From positions 907,566-971,565 of the forward strand of contig MU053365.1 in assembly GCA_013239625.1 (NCBI GenBank): 64,000 nucleotides of DNA, given 5' to 3'. The notes beneath the pieces were generated by a model. It was not told the origin of the DNA and ran no database searches. It worked only from the letters and a program-made list of their open reading frames with translations. The translations under genes and the position numbers were made by a program. Every line of letters begins with the position of its first letter. Position 1 is the first letter of the stretch. This DNA comes from Lama guanicoe. Its lineage: Eukaryota. Of the stretch, positions 25,868 to 37,957 are shown piece by piece.

Positions 25868-25883
25868 AGGAAAGAAAGAAGGA

Positions 25884-25930
<47 letters not shown>
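25790..25930 (+). repeat. (GAAA)n tetranucleotide microsatellite, about 140 bp
   Basis: Read directly from the sequence; two GAAG interruptions. Confidence 0.98.
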
Positions 25931-26194
25931 GGCTTGAAGTGTCTTAAATTTTAAAATGTTAAAACTTAAAAAAAAATCTTTCCACAGTATATTCTATTAT
26001 CTTCTACCCTGATATACTACCCTGAACCAAAGACTATTTTCCTGATGAGTCAGGCCTTAGCATCATGTCCACTGTGTTCACTGCCCAGAGAGAGCACTGA
26101 GCTGTGTACCCCTGCCTGCCCTTACACCCAGTGACTCCATATCACTGCACTCTTCTAGTGTGCTATTCTGGGCTGTGTCTCTTGGTTTAATAGA

Positions 26195-26420
26195 AGACAT
26201 GCCCATCTAAGATTAGAAAGAGTTGGATTTCAGTCCTGACTCTATCAATCACCTACTTCACCGACTATAACACAACTTGGGGCAGATCATTTAACTTCTT
26301 AGAACTTCAGTGTACTCATCTGTAAAAGGGGGAAGGCAAACATCTGTCCAATCTACCTCCTAAGATCGTATGAGGAACAACCAAAAAAGTCATGAAAATA
26401 TGTTTACAAAACACCATTTT
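26195..26420 (+). mobile_element. MIR SINE
   Basis: ttggggcagatcatttaacttcttagaacttcagtgtactcatctgtaaaaggggg. Confidence 0.7.
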
Positions 26421-26459
26421 GTCACTAGTACTATTGTTCCCTCATGGGCATCTCTATTG

Positions 26460-26635
26460 CAGGGATGTTCAAAGTGGCAGCTGGGGACCATCTGCATCTG
26501 GGTGGGATCGTGTGGAAATTCAGATTCCAGGCCTAGCATAGGCTTGCTGAACTGGATTATGGTGGTGGCACCAGAAATCTGTGTTTTTAGTAAAGACCCA
26601 AGTCATGCTCATGAGCTTAAGGATCTGGAAGTGCT
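26460..26635. mobile_element. MER5A/MER5A1-like MITE
   Basis: ttcaaagtgg ... catctgcatctgggtgg ... cagattccaggcc ... gaaatctgtgtttttagtaag. Confidence 0.6.
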
Positions 26636-27661
26636 GATCTACTGTCTGTTGAGTCTGTGAAGTGCCACCTCTACTCTGCACCTCTGTAGCTCTGCTGTCC
26701 CTGCTGCCTTCTCTCCCATCTTTCTTTTATTCTTTCTTCTCATCTTCCCTGACTCCTTGGCTTTACTCCTGTGAAGTTTCTATAGTCATCACCAGTGAAT
26801 GAGAAAGCTCTTGGTGCCTACGAGCATACTCTCAATGCTGAAGGAACAGGAGGCAGAGAAGCAGGGAACGTTGACAGTCACCTGTGAGGGGAAGGATTTC
26901 CTTGGTGATTTGGTAATTCTGTCTTGTCATCTAAGTCTCGGGCTGTGGAACCTGGAGTGGAACTGCCGCCTCGAGCTCACATCAGCTTTCCTAACTCTCT
27001 CCTTGACCAAACCGTCATTTTCTATTGCAAAAATAATCATAACCAAATGGCTTTTGACTTCCTTTATTTAAGAATTTTAAGGTCACTTTTAGAATGGTAA
27101 AAGTGGGGGCTAACATGTCAGATCTTTCTTTTGCTAAATTGTGCTGTTTCTATATATCCACTCTCTCACCAGGTTTGGGGTAGAAAAAAACCCAGAGGTA
27201 AGTGATCTATCTGATCAAACACTGAGTTATCTATGCTCCAGAGCTATTAGAAATCTTATATTTTCACTGGTTTTATGCACTCCCCTGTAAATTGCAAAAA
27301 CTGTACTTCATTAAGGTCCAGGTGTGTATTAAACAGGGTACAACAGACTATTTAAATATGGAAGGATATAATCCCATATACTATATATAGTATATTAGAA
27401 GGTAATAAATCTTATTTGGTTGACCATGAAGAAGCCTTATTGATAATACTGCTGAAGTAGATTGATGTCTAGATACTGGTGAAATCTTGGTAAATTAGCA
27501 ACGACAGGACATTTCTATGCAAAATGAAGTTTTAGTCACATCTATAAAATTTCAAATGATCTGCTTATCATTCAAGCCCTGGCTGGAGCACTGGAAGCTT
27601 TTACTAAACCATCCAAACAAGACTGATCTGTGCTTCCTCTGAGCCACCACTGTAGTTAAGC

Positions 27662-28145
27662 CAGTGGTCCTCAACCTTGGTCCCCAGAGAAGCCTCTAAA
27701 ACCTCTATGTCTATGATACACACCAGGCCAACTAAATCAGAAGCTTTAGGGGTGGGAGGCAGGCATCAGCATTCTAAAAACTTTTATTGAGATATAGTTC
27801 ACATACCATAAAATGCACCAATTTAAACTGTGCAATTGAATGGCTTTTAGTATATTTACAAGACTGTGCAACCACCATCACTATTAAATTCTAGAATGCT
27901 TTTGTCACCCCAAAAAAGAAACCACATACCCATTAAAAGTCACTCCCCATTTCCTCTCATCCTCTCATCCTTCACCCATAGCCCCTCAGCCTCTGGCAAC
28001 CACTAATCTTCTTCCAGTCTTTATGCATTTGCCTATTTGCATATTTTACCTAAACGACACCTTATAGTATATGGCCTTTGTGTCTAGCTTCTTTCAGACA
28101 TCAATATTTTTAAAATCTCTCTGGGTGGCTCTAATGAAGCCACGG
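27662..28145. mobile_element. MER5A-like MITE split by an antisense L1MB 3' fragment (about 27781-28096)
   Basis: Left half cagtggtcctcaaccttgg ... aaatcagaagctttaggggtgggaggcaggcatcagcattctaaaa; L1 ctttattgagatatagttcacataccataaa...; the MITE resumes at gacatcaatatttttaaaatctctctgggtggctctaatg. Confidence 0.75.
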
Positions 28146-29194
28146 ATGATTATATGGACTTTGGATATGGTATCCCCCATTTCCATTTGAGTTTACTTGT
28201 CTCCTTCCTTACAGGTCTATGAGTCCTTGAAGGCAGGGACATTTGTCATATCTTTCTTGTACTCTAAACGCCTAGCCCAGTATGTGGCCCATAGTGTTAA
28301 TTCAAGAAATATTTTTCAAAAGGATAAAGAAACACACACCACCCTATTACAAAAACTCCTTTTATAGAGTTATTTATTACACATTCTATTCCTTGGGAAA
28401 GGACAAGTATTAAATTCTTACAGACTCCCGGTATGGCGTTATTCAAGATTTCTGTGTGCAAGACAGTGTTCTGGGAACTTTGTATATAGGTGTAGGAATG
28501 GAACAGAGAAATTTCACATCTTCATGGGGCACAAAGTGTAGTGGGGGAGTCAGATCATAAACAAGTAAAAAACTTAACAAGGTAATTTCAAATTGTACCA
28601 AGTGTTAAAAGACAATAGAACTGAGTGATGAGAGGGACATGGGTAGCGCAGAGGGAAAGGAGGGCTGCTTCAGATATGTGGGCCAGAAGGGATCAGGCCT
28701 CGGGACTGATTTCATAATGCAGAAACCAGCTCCAAATCAAACTGTCAGACAGAATGTACAAAGTACAGAGAAAATTGTTAATCAGCAATTAAAAAATAAT
28801 GAAGATAATTTTAAAAATAACACTGCCGTTCAACAGAAACAGCATAATGTGGGGAAGAACATGGGCTTGGGAATCCAAGCCCGTTCTGTTCTGAAGTGTG
28901 TCATCGCCACGGAGAGTAGAGAACCAACACGATGCCCTCCGGCTCCTTAAGCCTAATGGTTGTGACAAGATCCATGTAAAGGAAACTGCATTCCCACAGA
29001 ATCCAGGGAAGAGGCCATCCAAGTGCCAGGGGCTGTCTGTGACTCCTGCACCAGCATCCTAGAATCCTACTTGTTGCCCAGTGACACTATGGACGAATTA
29101 GCCCTGTTTCCACTTTATCAGAAACTTTACAACATTGACTATCTCTTCTTTTCCTTTATTTTCAACTTTCCCTGGTGTGCTAGCCCTTTCATTC

Positions 29195-31340
29195 ATTTTC
29201 TTAAATTTAAGTATAACTGATCTACAATATTGTATTATTTTCAGGTGTGCAGCATAGGGATTCAGTATGTTTACAGATTACACTTCATTAAAAGTTATTA
29301 CAAAATAATGGCTGTAATTCCCTGTGTTGTACAATGTATCCTTGCAGCTTCTCTATTTTATACATAGTAGTTTGTATCTCTTAATTCCAAACCCCTAATT
29401 TGCCCCTCCCCCCTTCCCTCTCCCCATCAGCAACCACTACTTTGTTGTCTATATCTGTGAGTCTGTTTCTTTTTTGTTATATTCACTATTTTTTTTTTCC
29501 TTTGGTGGCATTTTTCCTTTGGTGGAATTTTTTTCTTTTTAGTTTAATTAATTTTTAATTGAAGTACAAGCCAGTTACAATGCATCAATTTCTGGTGTGC
29601 AGCACAATGTCCCTGTCATGCATATACATACATACATTCGTTTTCATATTTTTTTCCATTAAAGGTTATTACAAGATATTGAACATAGTTCCTTGTGCTG
29701 TACAAAAGAAACTTCTTAAAAAATCTACTTTTATATATAGTGTCTAACATTTACTGGTTTTTTTTTTTTTAATTCCACATATAAGTGATGTCACAGAGTA
29801 TTTGTGTTTCTCTGTCTCACTTACTTCACTTAGTTTGATATTCTCTAGGTCCATCCATGTTGTTGGAAATGATATATACATATATATTGTGGAATGATTA
29901 CTAAGATCAAGATAATTAACACATCCAACAGCTCATATAGTTCTCTTTGTGTGTGTGTGATGAGAATGCTTCAGACTACTCTCAGCAACTTTCAAGTATA
30001 CAATACCATATTATTAGCTAGACATTACTGTACACTAGATCCTCAGAACTTACCCTTCTTATAATGGAAAATTTGTACCCTTTGACCTACATCAACCCAT
30101 CTCCCCATCCTCCCAGCCCCTGGCAATCACCATTATATTCTGTTTCTATGAAATCGATTCTCTTTTTAGGATTACACATGAAAGTGATACCATACAGTAT
30201 TTGTCTTTCTTTTTCTGGCTTATTTCACTTAGCATAACACCCTCCAGTTCTTCCATATTGTTGCCCAAATGGCATAAGCAGGATTTCCTACTTTGTTATG
30301 GCACTTCCTCTCTCTCCCCCCCCCCCATATATATATATTTACACATACACACACACACATATTCTCTTTATCCCTTCATCTGTTGACAGATACTTAGGTT
30401 GTTTCCATGTTTTGGCTACTATAAACAATGCTGCAATGGACATGGGAGTATAGATATCTCTTCTAGATATCTTTTAGATAGAGATTTCCCTCCCTTCAGA
30501 TAAATACCCAGAAGTGGGATTGCTGAATCATATGGTAGTTGTATTTTTAAGTTTTTAAAGGAACCTCCATACTGTTTTCCACAGTGGCTGCACCAATTTA
30601 CATCCCTATCAGCAGTCCATGAGGGTTCCCTTCCCTCCACACCCTCACCAGCACTTATAGTCTCTTTTTGGTGATAGCTATTTTAACAGATGTGAGATGA
30701 TAACTCATCGTGGTTTTGATTTGCATGTCCCTGATGATTAGTGATGATGAGCACTTTTTCAAGGACCTGTTGGCCATCTGCATGTTTTCTTTGGAAAACT
30801 TTCTAGTCAGGTCCTCTAGCCATTTTTCAATCAGATTATTATTTTTTCTATTGAATTGTATGAGCTCCTTATGTATTTTAGATATTAACCCTTATAAGAT
30901 ATATGACCTGCAAATATTTTCTCCCTTCCATAGGTTGCCTTTCACTCTGTTGATCATTTCTTTCGCTGTGCACGTTTTTAGTTTGATGAAGTTCCACTGA
31001 ATAATGCTTGCTTTTGTTGTTATATCCAAAAAATTTTTGCCAAGACCAATATCGAGGAGCTTTCCCCTATGTTTTCTTCTAGGAGTTTATTATAGTTTCA
31101 GGTCTTGCATTTAGTTATTTAATCCAGTTTGTGTTAATTTTTTTGAGTGGCATAAGACAGAGGTCCAATTTTATCCTTTTGCATATGGAGATTCAGTTTT
31201 CCCAACACCAGTTTTTGAAGAGATTATCTTTTCCCCATTGATTGTTCTTGACTCCCCCGTCAAATATTAGTTGACTGTATATGTGTGGGTCTATTTCTGG
31301 GCACTTGATTCTGTTCCATCAGTCGATGTGTCTGTTTTTT
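29195..31340 (-). mobile_element. Stack of three antisense L1 fragments of different subfamilies
   Basis: An L1 3' UTR (about 29195-29870) is interrupted by a second L1 3' tip (about 29500-29748) and abuts an L1MA-type 3' UTR plus ORF2 end (about 29880-31340). ORF 30419-30640 contains LPYDSAIPLLGIY. Confidence 0.85.
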
Positions 31341-32988
31341 CACAAAGTTCTTTGTACTCAAAGTGTTCAAGAAAACAAAGTCTCATATAAATGTCAAATG
31401 ATTTGGGGTACTGGACAATATCCCATGTTTTCAAGACTACATGTGCCCCAATTCATTCATGTATTCTATTTTCTATTATATTCACATCCAATCATTGATT
31501 TTCTATTCATTTATTGTTAGACTAATTTTTGAGATTTGTATTAATAGTTGCTTAATTGGCTCTATAAAGAGGTTATTTTTCTACCTTGGGCACAAATTGG
31601 GAAGGTGAGAAATGTACGGAAAGAAGGGAAACATTAGAGAGAGACACAGAGACAGAGGCAGAGAGATTGACTGGTGACCAGAGGACAGATCAGACCATGT
31701 TTTGGGGTAATAATTAGGGTACTGGAGTTCACAGCAGGAGAATGGTATGGAAAACCTGGAACTTTGCTATATCTTAGATAAGGGCAGGGATACTAAAGGT
31801 AAAATAGTCACCCCACATCCCAAGGAATCAATAATTCTTTCATTCCTTCAAGGATGTTTTGAAAAACATCCCCAGGTACACAGTATCCAAAATGGAACTA
31901 CAATAGTAAAAGGAACAAAAGTATTGTGACAAGATTATGCTAAATATTAAATTGTGTTCATTTTACTCAAATAAAAGGCCATTAATAACTATAATTTGCT
32001 TGCTAGCCTTTAATTAAGCTCAATATCCCTTCCTAAAATTTAAAGTCTCCTTTGTTTTTATTTTATACAAGTATTTCCTATATTGGCAGGAATATAACCT
32101 CCTGTAAGGAACATAATGTACTCTAATATGTGTATACATTTTCCCTCTGTGGGCCCCAAACCTTTATTTATTAATATATCAAGTCATTAAAAACATGACT
32201 GATTGGCTTAAACAATTAAGAAAATACAGAAGGGAACAATTTTGAATTGATAGAGAATGGACTAGAAGATTCAATAACTTGTTTCCATTTCCAAGTCAAT
32301 GATACATTTACAAGTGACATGACCAACATTTATAGTAATACATAAACTATAACTAAATTAGTTATGAATAGTTCAACCTTTATTTATAGCTGTTGTCAGC
32401 TCCACATTTCTTAAGAAAATCCTTAATCACCCACATTACAAATTGCCAACCCGGCTGATTTCTGCATAGAAAGCCATTGTTCAGTGGTGAAAATGTGAAA
32501 GAAAAATGTCAAGCAATCGAATCAGAACACCCTGATGAGGCCTTCCTCCTCAAAGCAAACAAAACCTTTACCTTCCACACCACAAACCAGCTTCCCGTTG
32601 GATGCTAAAGTGATTAGATACTCTTCCAAATCCCAAAGAAATGCTATAAATTGGGCAAGACTAAGACTTCTTTATCTCTGTGTCCCCAGGGCCCTGTGCA
32701 TACACTATGTAATTGAATGGTGCAGAATGACGTCACTGTCTCTCCTCAAAATCTGTAAGGTGACTACCACTGCATCAGGACCTACATGTGAGAGAAATAC
32801 ATTCTGTTAGATTAGTAAAATATTGTCCATAGGTCCAGTACTTTGGAATGCAAAGCCATGGAAAGTTCTGGGAACCACTACCCAAGGATATTATTCAACC
32901 CTTTATTGTTTTTTTCTCTCAACTTGATGCACAAGACACCCCCAATGTCAGAATCACCTGGTCAGGTCACTTAATTATACTGAAACAC

Positions 32989-33855
32989 GTTTTTCTCAGG
33001 TGTATGCCAAGGACTGGAATTGCTGGGCCATGTGGTGGTTCTGTTTTTGGGTTTTTGAGAAACCTCCATATTGTTTGCTATAGTGGCTGCACCAATTTAC
33101 ATTCTCACCAACAGTGTGCAAGGATTCCCTTTCCTCCACATCCTTGCCAACATTTGTTATTTGTGTTCTTCTTGATGATGGCCACTCTGACAGGTGTGAG
33201 ATGGTGTCTCGTTGTGATTTGGATCTGCATTTCCCTGATATTGGTGATGTTGAGCAGCTTCTCATGTGCCTGTTGGCCAACTGCATTTCCTCTTTTGGAA
33301 AAATGTCTGCTCAGTTCTTCTGCCCATAATTTAAATGGGTTGTTTGTTTGTTTGCTTTTTAATTGAAGTACAGCTGATTTAAAATGTTGTGTTAGTCTCT
33401 GGTGTACAGCATGGATGGACTTGGAGGGCATTATGCTGAGTGAAATATTTCAGACAGAGAAAGACAAACACTGTAAGAATTCACTTACATGTGGAAATTA
33501 AAAAATACAACAAAACTAGTGAATATAACAAGAAAAGAAACAGACTCACAGATGTAGAGAAGGAACGAGTGGTTATCAGTGGGGAGGGGGAGGGGCAAGA
33601 TGGAGGTGGAGGATTAAAAGGCACAAACTATCAGGTACAAAATAAGCTACAAGGATATACTGTACAACACGGGGAATACAGAGAATATTTTATAACTATA
33701 AATGGAGTATAACCTTTAAAATTGTGAAAATAAAAATCGTGAATCGCTATATTGTATACCTATAACATATAATAGTGTACATCAACCATGCTTCAGTTAT
33801 AAAAATATGATATTGTAAAATAAATATATAAATAAAGTTAAAACAAACGTTAAAA
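32989..33855 (+). mobile_element. 5'-inverted (twin-primed) L1 insertion with exact 16-bp TSD
   Basis: Antisense ORF2 cysteine-rich segment at 32989-33355 (translates as IREMQIQITTRHHLTPVRVAIIKK...KCWQGCG...HCW), then a sense 3' end at about 33410-33855. TSD aattatactgaaacac lies at 32973-32988 and 33856-33871. Confidence 0.92.
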
Positions 33856-34989
33856 AATTATACTGAAACACAGATGGCCACAAAGATAGAAGCTATCACA
33901 AAACATAAGTTTCAACCTATAGAACCTATAGTTCACTATTGTCTTTGTATATTTGACAGGAAGTATTAACTTGTCTAAGAACATATTTAAGAGAGCCACC
34001 CAGACAGATTCACACAAAACCACCACATAGCCCTCTTCACTGTATTTTTGTCAATGGAGATGTGCAGCACAGTATATGTAATGTGGTATCATTGATTAAA
34101 TTTTCACTGTACTTTTGATGTTTTTACTGGCTGAAAGGAACACTATAATAGGAATATAGCTTTAAAATCCCATACATTAAATCATGCAATCTAAAGATAA
34201 CAACATTGAACAGTTCTGAGTCTCTTCATCATTCCAATAATAGTGACATGTTTTTAAAAGGCTTTGAGAGGATGCATATAAATTCTGTTAGCCTATCTCC
34301 CCAGGATGTTCAGAGAACAACAGCCAAAATGAAAACAACATTAATTTCCACTTGCTTGGCATAAATATGTACTCATCTTGTTGGAGTCCTTTACTGTAGG
34401 GCAATTCTATAGCAGTTTAGTCTTTGGGTCTCAAAACAATTCCCAAGGTTATATACTTTCCATTCTTGTCCCGTGATAGATGGCATTCTAGCCTAGGTCA
34501 AAGTCAGCCCATTCCATGGTACAGCAATGATGTTTTCAGGAAAACGTATGAACAAAGCCATCTGTTTTTATATCCTTCCTTAAACAATATCTCCTCTGTG
34601 CTAGAAGCTAGAGTTTCAAAGATGAAGCAAATGAGGTTCCTGCTCTTGACGGGCAACTCCTACCCCTATTTCTAATTCTGACCCTAACCTTGACTCACTG
34701 ACGTATACAAAGCCATAAGGTGCAAGGAGCTTAAAAAACAGCAAGTAGAATAATAAGTTATATTATGACTTATCAAACTTTAGTCAAGAAGACAACCTAA
34801 AAATTTGCTCTAGTAAAGGCATCAAAAACAGTGGAAAATGCTGAACTTTAACAGTGTTACCATCTCTTCAATCATCTAAGCCCTAGCATGTGAAAATAGT
34901 GTTAATATTTTTAAATAATAATCTTATAATCATTTTATAATACTTTCTTCTAATAAATTTTTAAAATAATAACAATCTTTAATTCTAGA

Positions 34990-35240
34990 TGTGGTACAAT
35001 ATGAGGATTAAGAACACTGATTCTGGATCAGACTGCCTGGGTTCAAATCCTAGCTCTAAAGGTAACTGTGTGGGCATGGTCAAGTTTCTTAATTCCACAA
35101 TACTTCCATTTCTTCATTGGAAAAATGACATAACACATATCCTCAGAGGGTTACATGAGAATTAAATGAGTTAATATGGGTAAAGCATTTAGAATAGTGC
35201 CAGGCATGGAGTAAATGCTATACTTAGTCTGCTACTATCA
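34990..35240 (+). mobile_element. MIR SINE, near full length
   Basis: ttaagaacactgattctggatcagactgcctgggttcaaatcctagctct ... gagaattaaatgagttaata ... aaagcatttagaatagtgccaggcat. Confidence 0.85.
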
Positions 35241-35596
35241 TCTTTAAGAATATTTACTCCTTCTTTCATTGCCATTTTGATCTTCAGTTAATAATTACCC
35301 TTTCTGTCCATGGGACCATCCATCATTCCTTCATGCACTCCATGAACATTTCCTTCACTGCTCAGTATACCCTAATAACTGTGCTAGGAGCTAGGGTTTC
35401 AAAGATAAAGCCTACAAGGTCCCTGTCTCTAACCATGACCCTAACCTTGACTCACTCAGATGCACAAAGCCGTACATTACAATGCAACAAGGCAAGTGCC
35501 AAGATATCAGCATGAATAGTGTGACTTGGTGCCCTTGATTCTTCATCTCTGACACTCACTGGCTTTCTGTCTGTCTCCATCTTTCTACATCCAACA

Positions 35597-36690
35597 AACA
35601 TTCATTCAACAAGATGTCTCAAGTTCCTATTTTTTGGTAGACAGTTTTAAGCACTCAGGATATACCAGTGAGCAAAACAGACAAAAAGCCTCCCTGTCCA
35701 TGGATCTCACACTTTAACAGGAGGCGGGAGACAGATAATAAGTAATCAAGTTAGTTCAATATGTTAGACAGTTGTAAGTGCTTAGGGGGAAATGGAGCAC
35801 AGAAAGAGGCCTGGTTGGATATGGGTGACATTATAAATAGGGTGACTAGGGTGGACCTCACTGAGATGGCAAGATGTGAGCAAATAGTTGAAACAGCTGT
35901 GAGAAGTAGCTCTGATGACCCTGGGGTGAAGAGTGTAAGTGGTCCAGGCAGAGGGACCACCTAAGTAAGGCAAAGGCCCTGATGTAGCAGTGTGCCTGGT
36001 GTGTTCTGGGAACACTTGGGTGGGCAGTGGATACTGAGCGGCAAGAATAGTGAAGTGGGGAAGGTAATAGGAGAGAAGGTCTGAGAGGTAGCAGGGTGGC
36101 TGGACCAGATTAGGCTTCAGCAGCCACTGTGGTGGCTTTTACTCTGAGTGAGATGGAGGACTACAGAAGGATTTTGAGCAGAGGAGGGTTGTGCTCTTCA
36201 CATTTTATCAGGATCTCTGGCTGCTGCGGGAGGAATGAAGTACAGAGGAAGAGAGGGCAGATGAGGAGGAGGTTATTCCAGCAACACAGGTGAGCGATGA
36301 TGGTGGTTCACAGCAGGCTGGTGGTAGATGTGGGAGATGGACAAATGGTTAGATAGGGGAATATGTTTCGAAGGTCCAGCCAAATAGGACTTGCTGATGG
36401 CCTGGATGTAGGATGTGAGAGTCGACGTGACAAAGGCTGCCTCCGAGGATACTGACCGAAGCAACTGTAAGAATGGCCTGCTGTGGGCAGGAAGTGGGGA
36501 AGATCAGGATTACACTTTGGGGCCTGATGTATCTGAAACATCTCCTAGCAACCGCAATGGAGATGCCCAGTAAGCAGCTGGAGAGATGAATCTGGAGTTC
36601 TAGAAGAGTCCAGATGGGAGGAGCCATCAGTACCCAGACAGTATTTAAAGCCATGAGATCATCAAGGACAAAGTGTAGACAGAGAAGACT
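35597..36690 (-). mobile_element. L2a-type LINE 3' fragment (about 1.1 kb)
   Basis: Begins cattcattcaacaa (antisense L2 tail); includes cagtgagcaaaacagacaaaaa, ttttactctgagtgagatgg and gtatttaaagccatgag. Confidence 0.9.
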
Positions 36691-36789
36691 TTTAGCTCTG
36701 ATCATTTCTCCCACATGCATTGTGATGGGAAAGTAGCCACATTCTTATTTTCAATTTATGGACATACTTAGCGATTAGGTATGGATACA

Positions 36790-37010
36790 ATGAAGAAGCA
36801 CTTAATTTATGGTGAAAGCTGGTCTCAGGGCCCTGACTCTTGTGTTTAAGAGCAAATCCGTTCAACTCTCTGGGTCTCAGTTTATTTATCTGTGAAAATG
36901 GGCCTAGTAACACCTGCCCGGCCTATGTCACACACTGCTGGAAGGCTTAAACGAGAGTGTGGATGGCAAAAGTTCGTATAAAGTGAAGAGCACTGCCCAG
37001 AAGTACAGGA
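36790..37010 (+). mobile_element. MIR SINE
   Basis: tctctgggtctcagtttatttatctgtgaaaatgggcctagtaacacctgcc. Confidence 0.7.
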
Positions 37011-37868
37011 TAGCCTTACCTATGATGCCTAGGGTGCAGAGTAAGCCCCCACCTTGGCCTGTGGCGTCTGCCCTCTCACCACTTGAGACAGCGCACCTTC
37101 CCCCAAACGCTGCTCTCTCAGTGTCTCTGCAAGGTCGCAGGAGACCTGTGTTCTAAGCTAAAGACTTGGTGTGTGCCCAAGGATTCTTGTGGGGTCGGGG
37201 AGAATGTGGCTGAACAGGTCTTTGTTCTTGCCTGTCACTTCCTCCCTTCCTGTCGTCTGGAGCCTGCACTCAAGACAAGTGGGAAACTGCCCCCCCAGCC
37301 AGAGGCCCTGCACTGGAGCACACAGGGGCCAGCGCGAGGACAAATGAGCGGCGCACCATTTCCCTCATTGGCCAGTGAGGACACTGTGGCTCAGAGAGCT
37401 GACGTGATGTGCTTGTGGTCACAAGGCAGTTAAGTGACAAAGCCTTAAGGTTCGCTTGCCATCTTATAGAAAAAGGACTTGCAGTTTTCGCCCAGAGGGA
37501 ACACCTTATGTCCTTGAATTTGGTCAACAGCTGGCCATGTATCTCTGAGCCAGGAAATGCATGCAGATCTGCAGGGCACTTATTCACTGGCAATAAATAG
37601 TAAGGATTTCCAGGCTTCAAAAAGTAGCTAGGTCTACGTTCCAGAGTTTCAGCCTTCATTTTTGGTCGTGGGGTGGGGGGCAGCATGGCTACTCAACCCA
37701 CAGAACGAAGCTTCAGCGATGGGACGTTGCCTATCTCTCAACCAGAGACCAACAGAAATAACTGCCTTCAGGGCTGAGATGTCATACTGAGATTTCAGAT
37801 GAAAGCACAGGCCAGGAAGTGGCTTCTGAAGCAATAGAAAGTCTATAAAGACAGCTTGCAGCCTTTCC

Positions 37869-37957
37869 TGTGTGTGTGTGTGTGTGTGTGTGTGCACACG
37901 CGCGCGTGAGAGAGAGGGAGGGAGGGAGAGAGAGAGCGCGCGAGCACGCATGCACAC
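37869..37957. repeat. Compound microsatellite (TG)n-(CG)n-(GA/GGGA)n-(CG)n-(CA)
   Basis: Read directly from the sequence. Confidence 0.95.
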
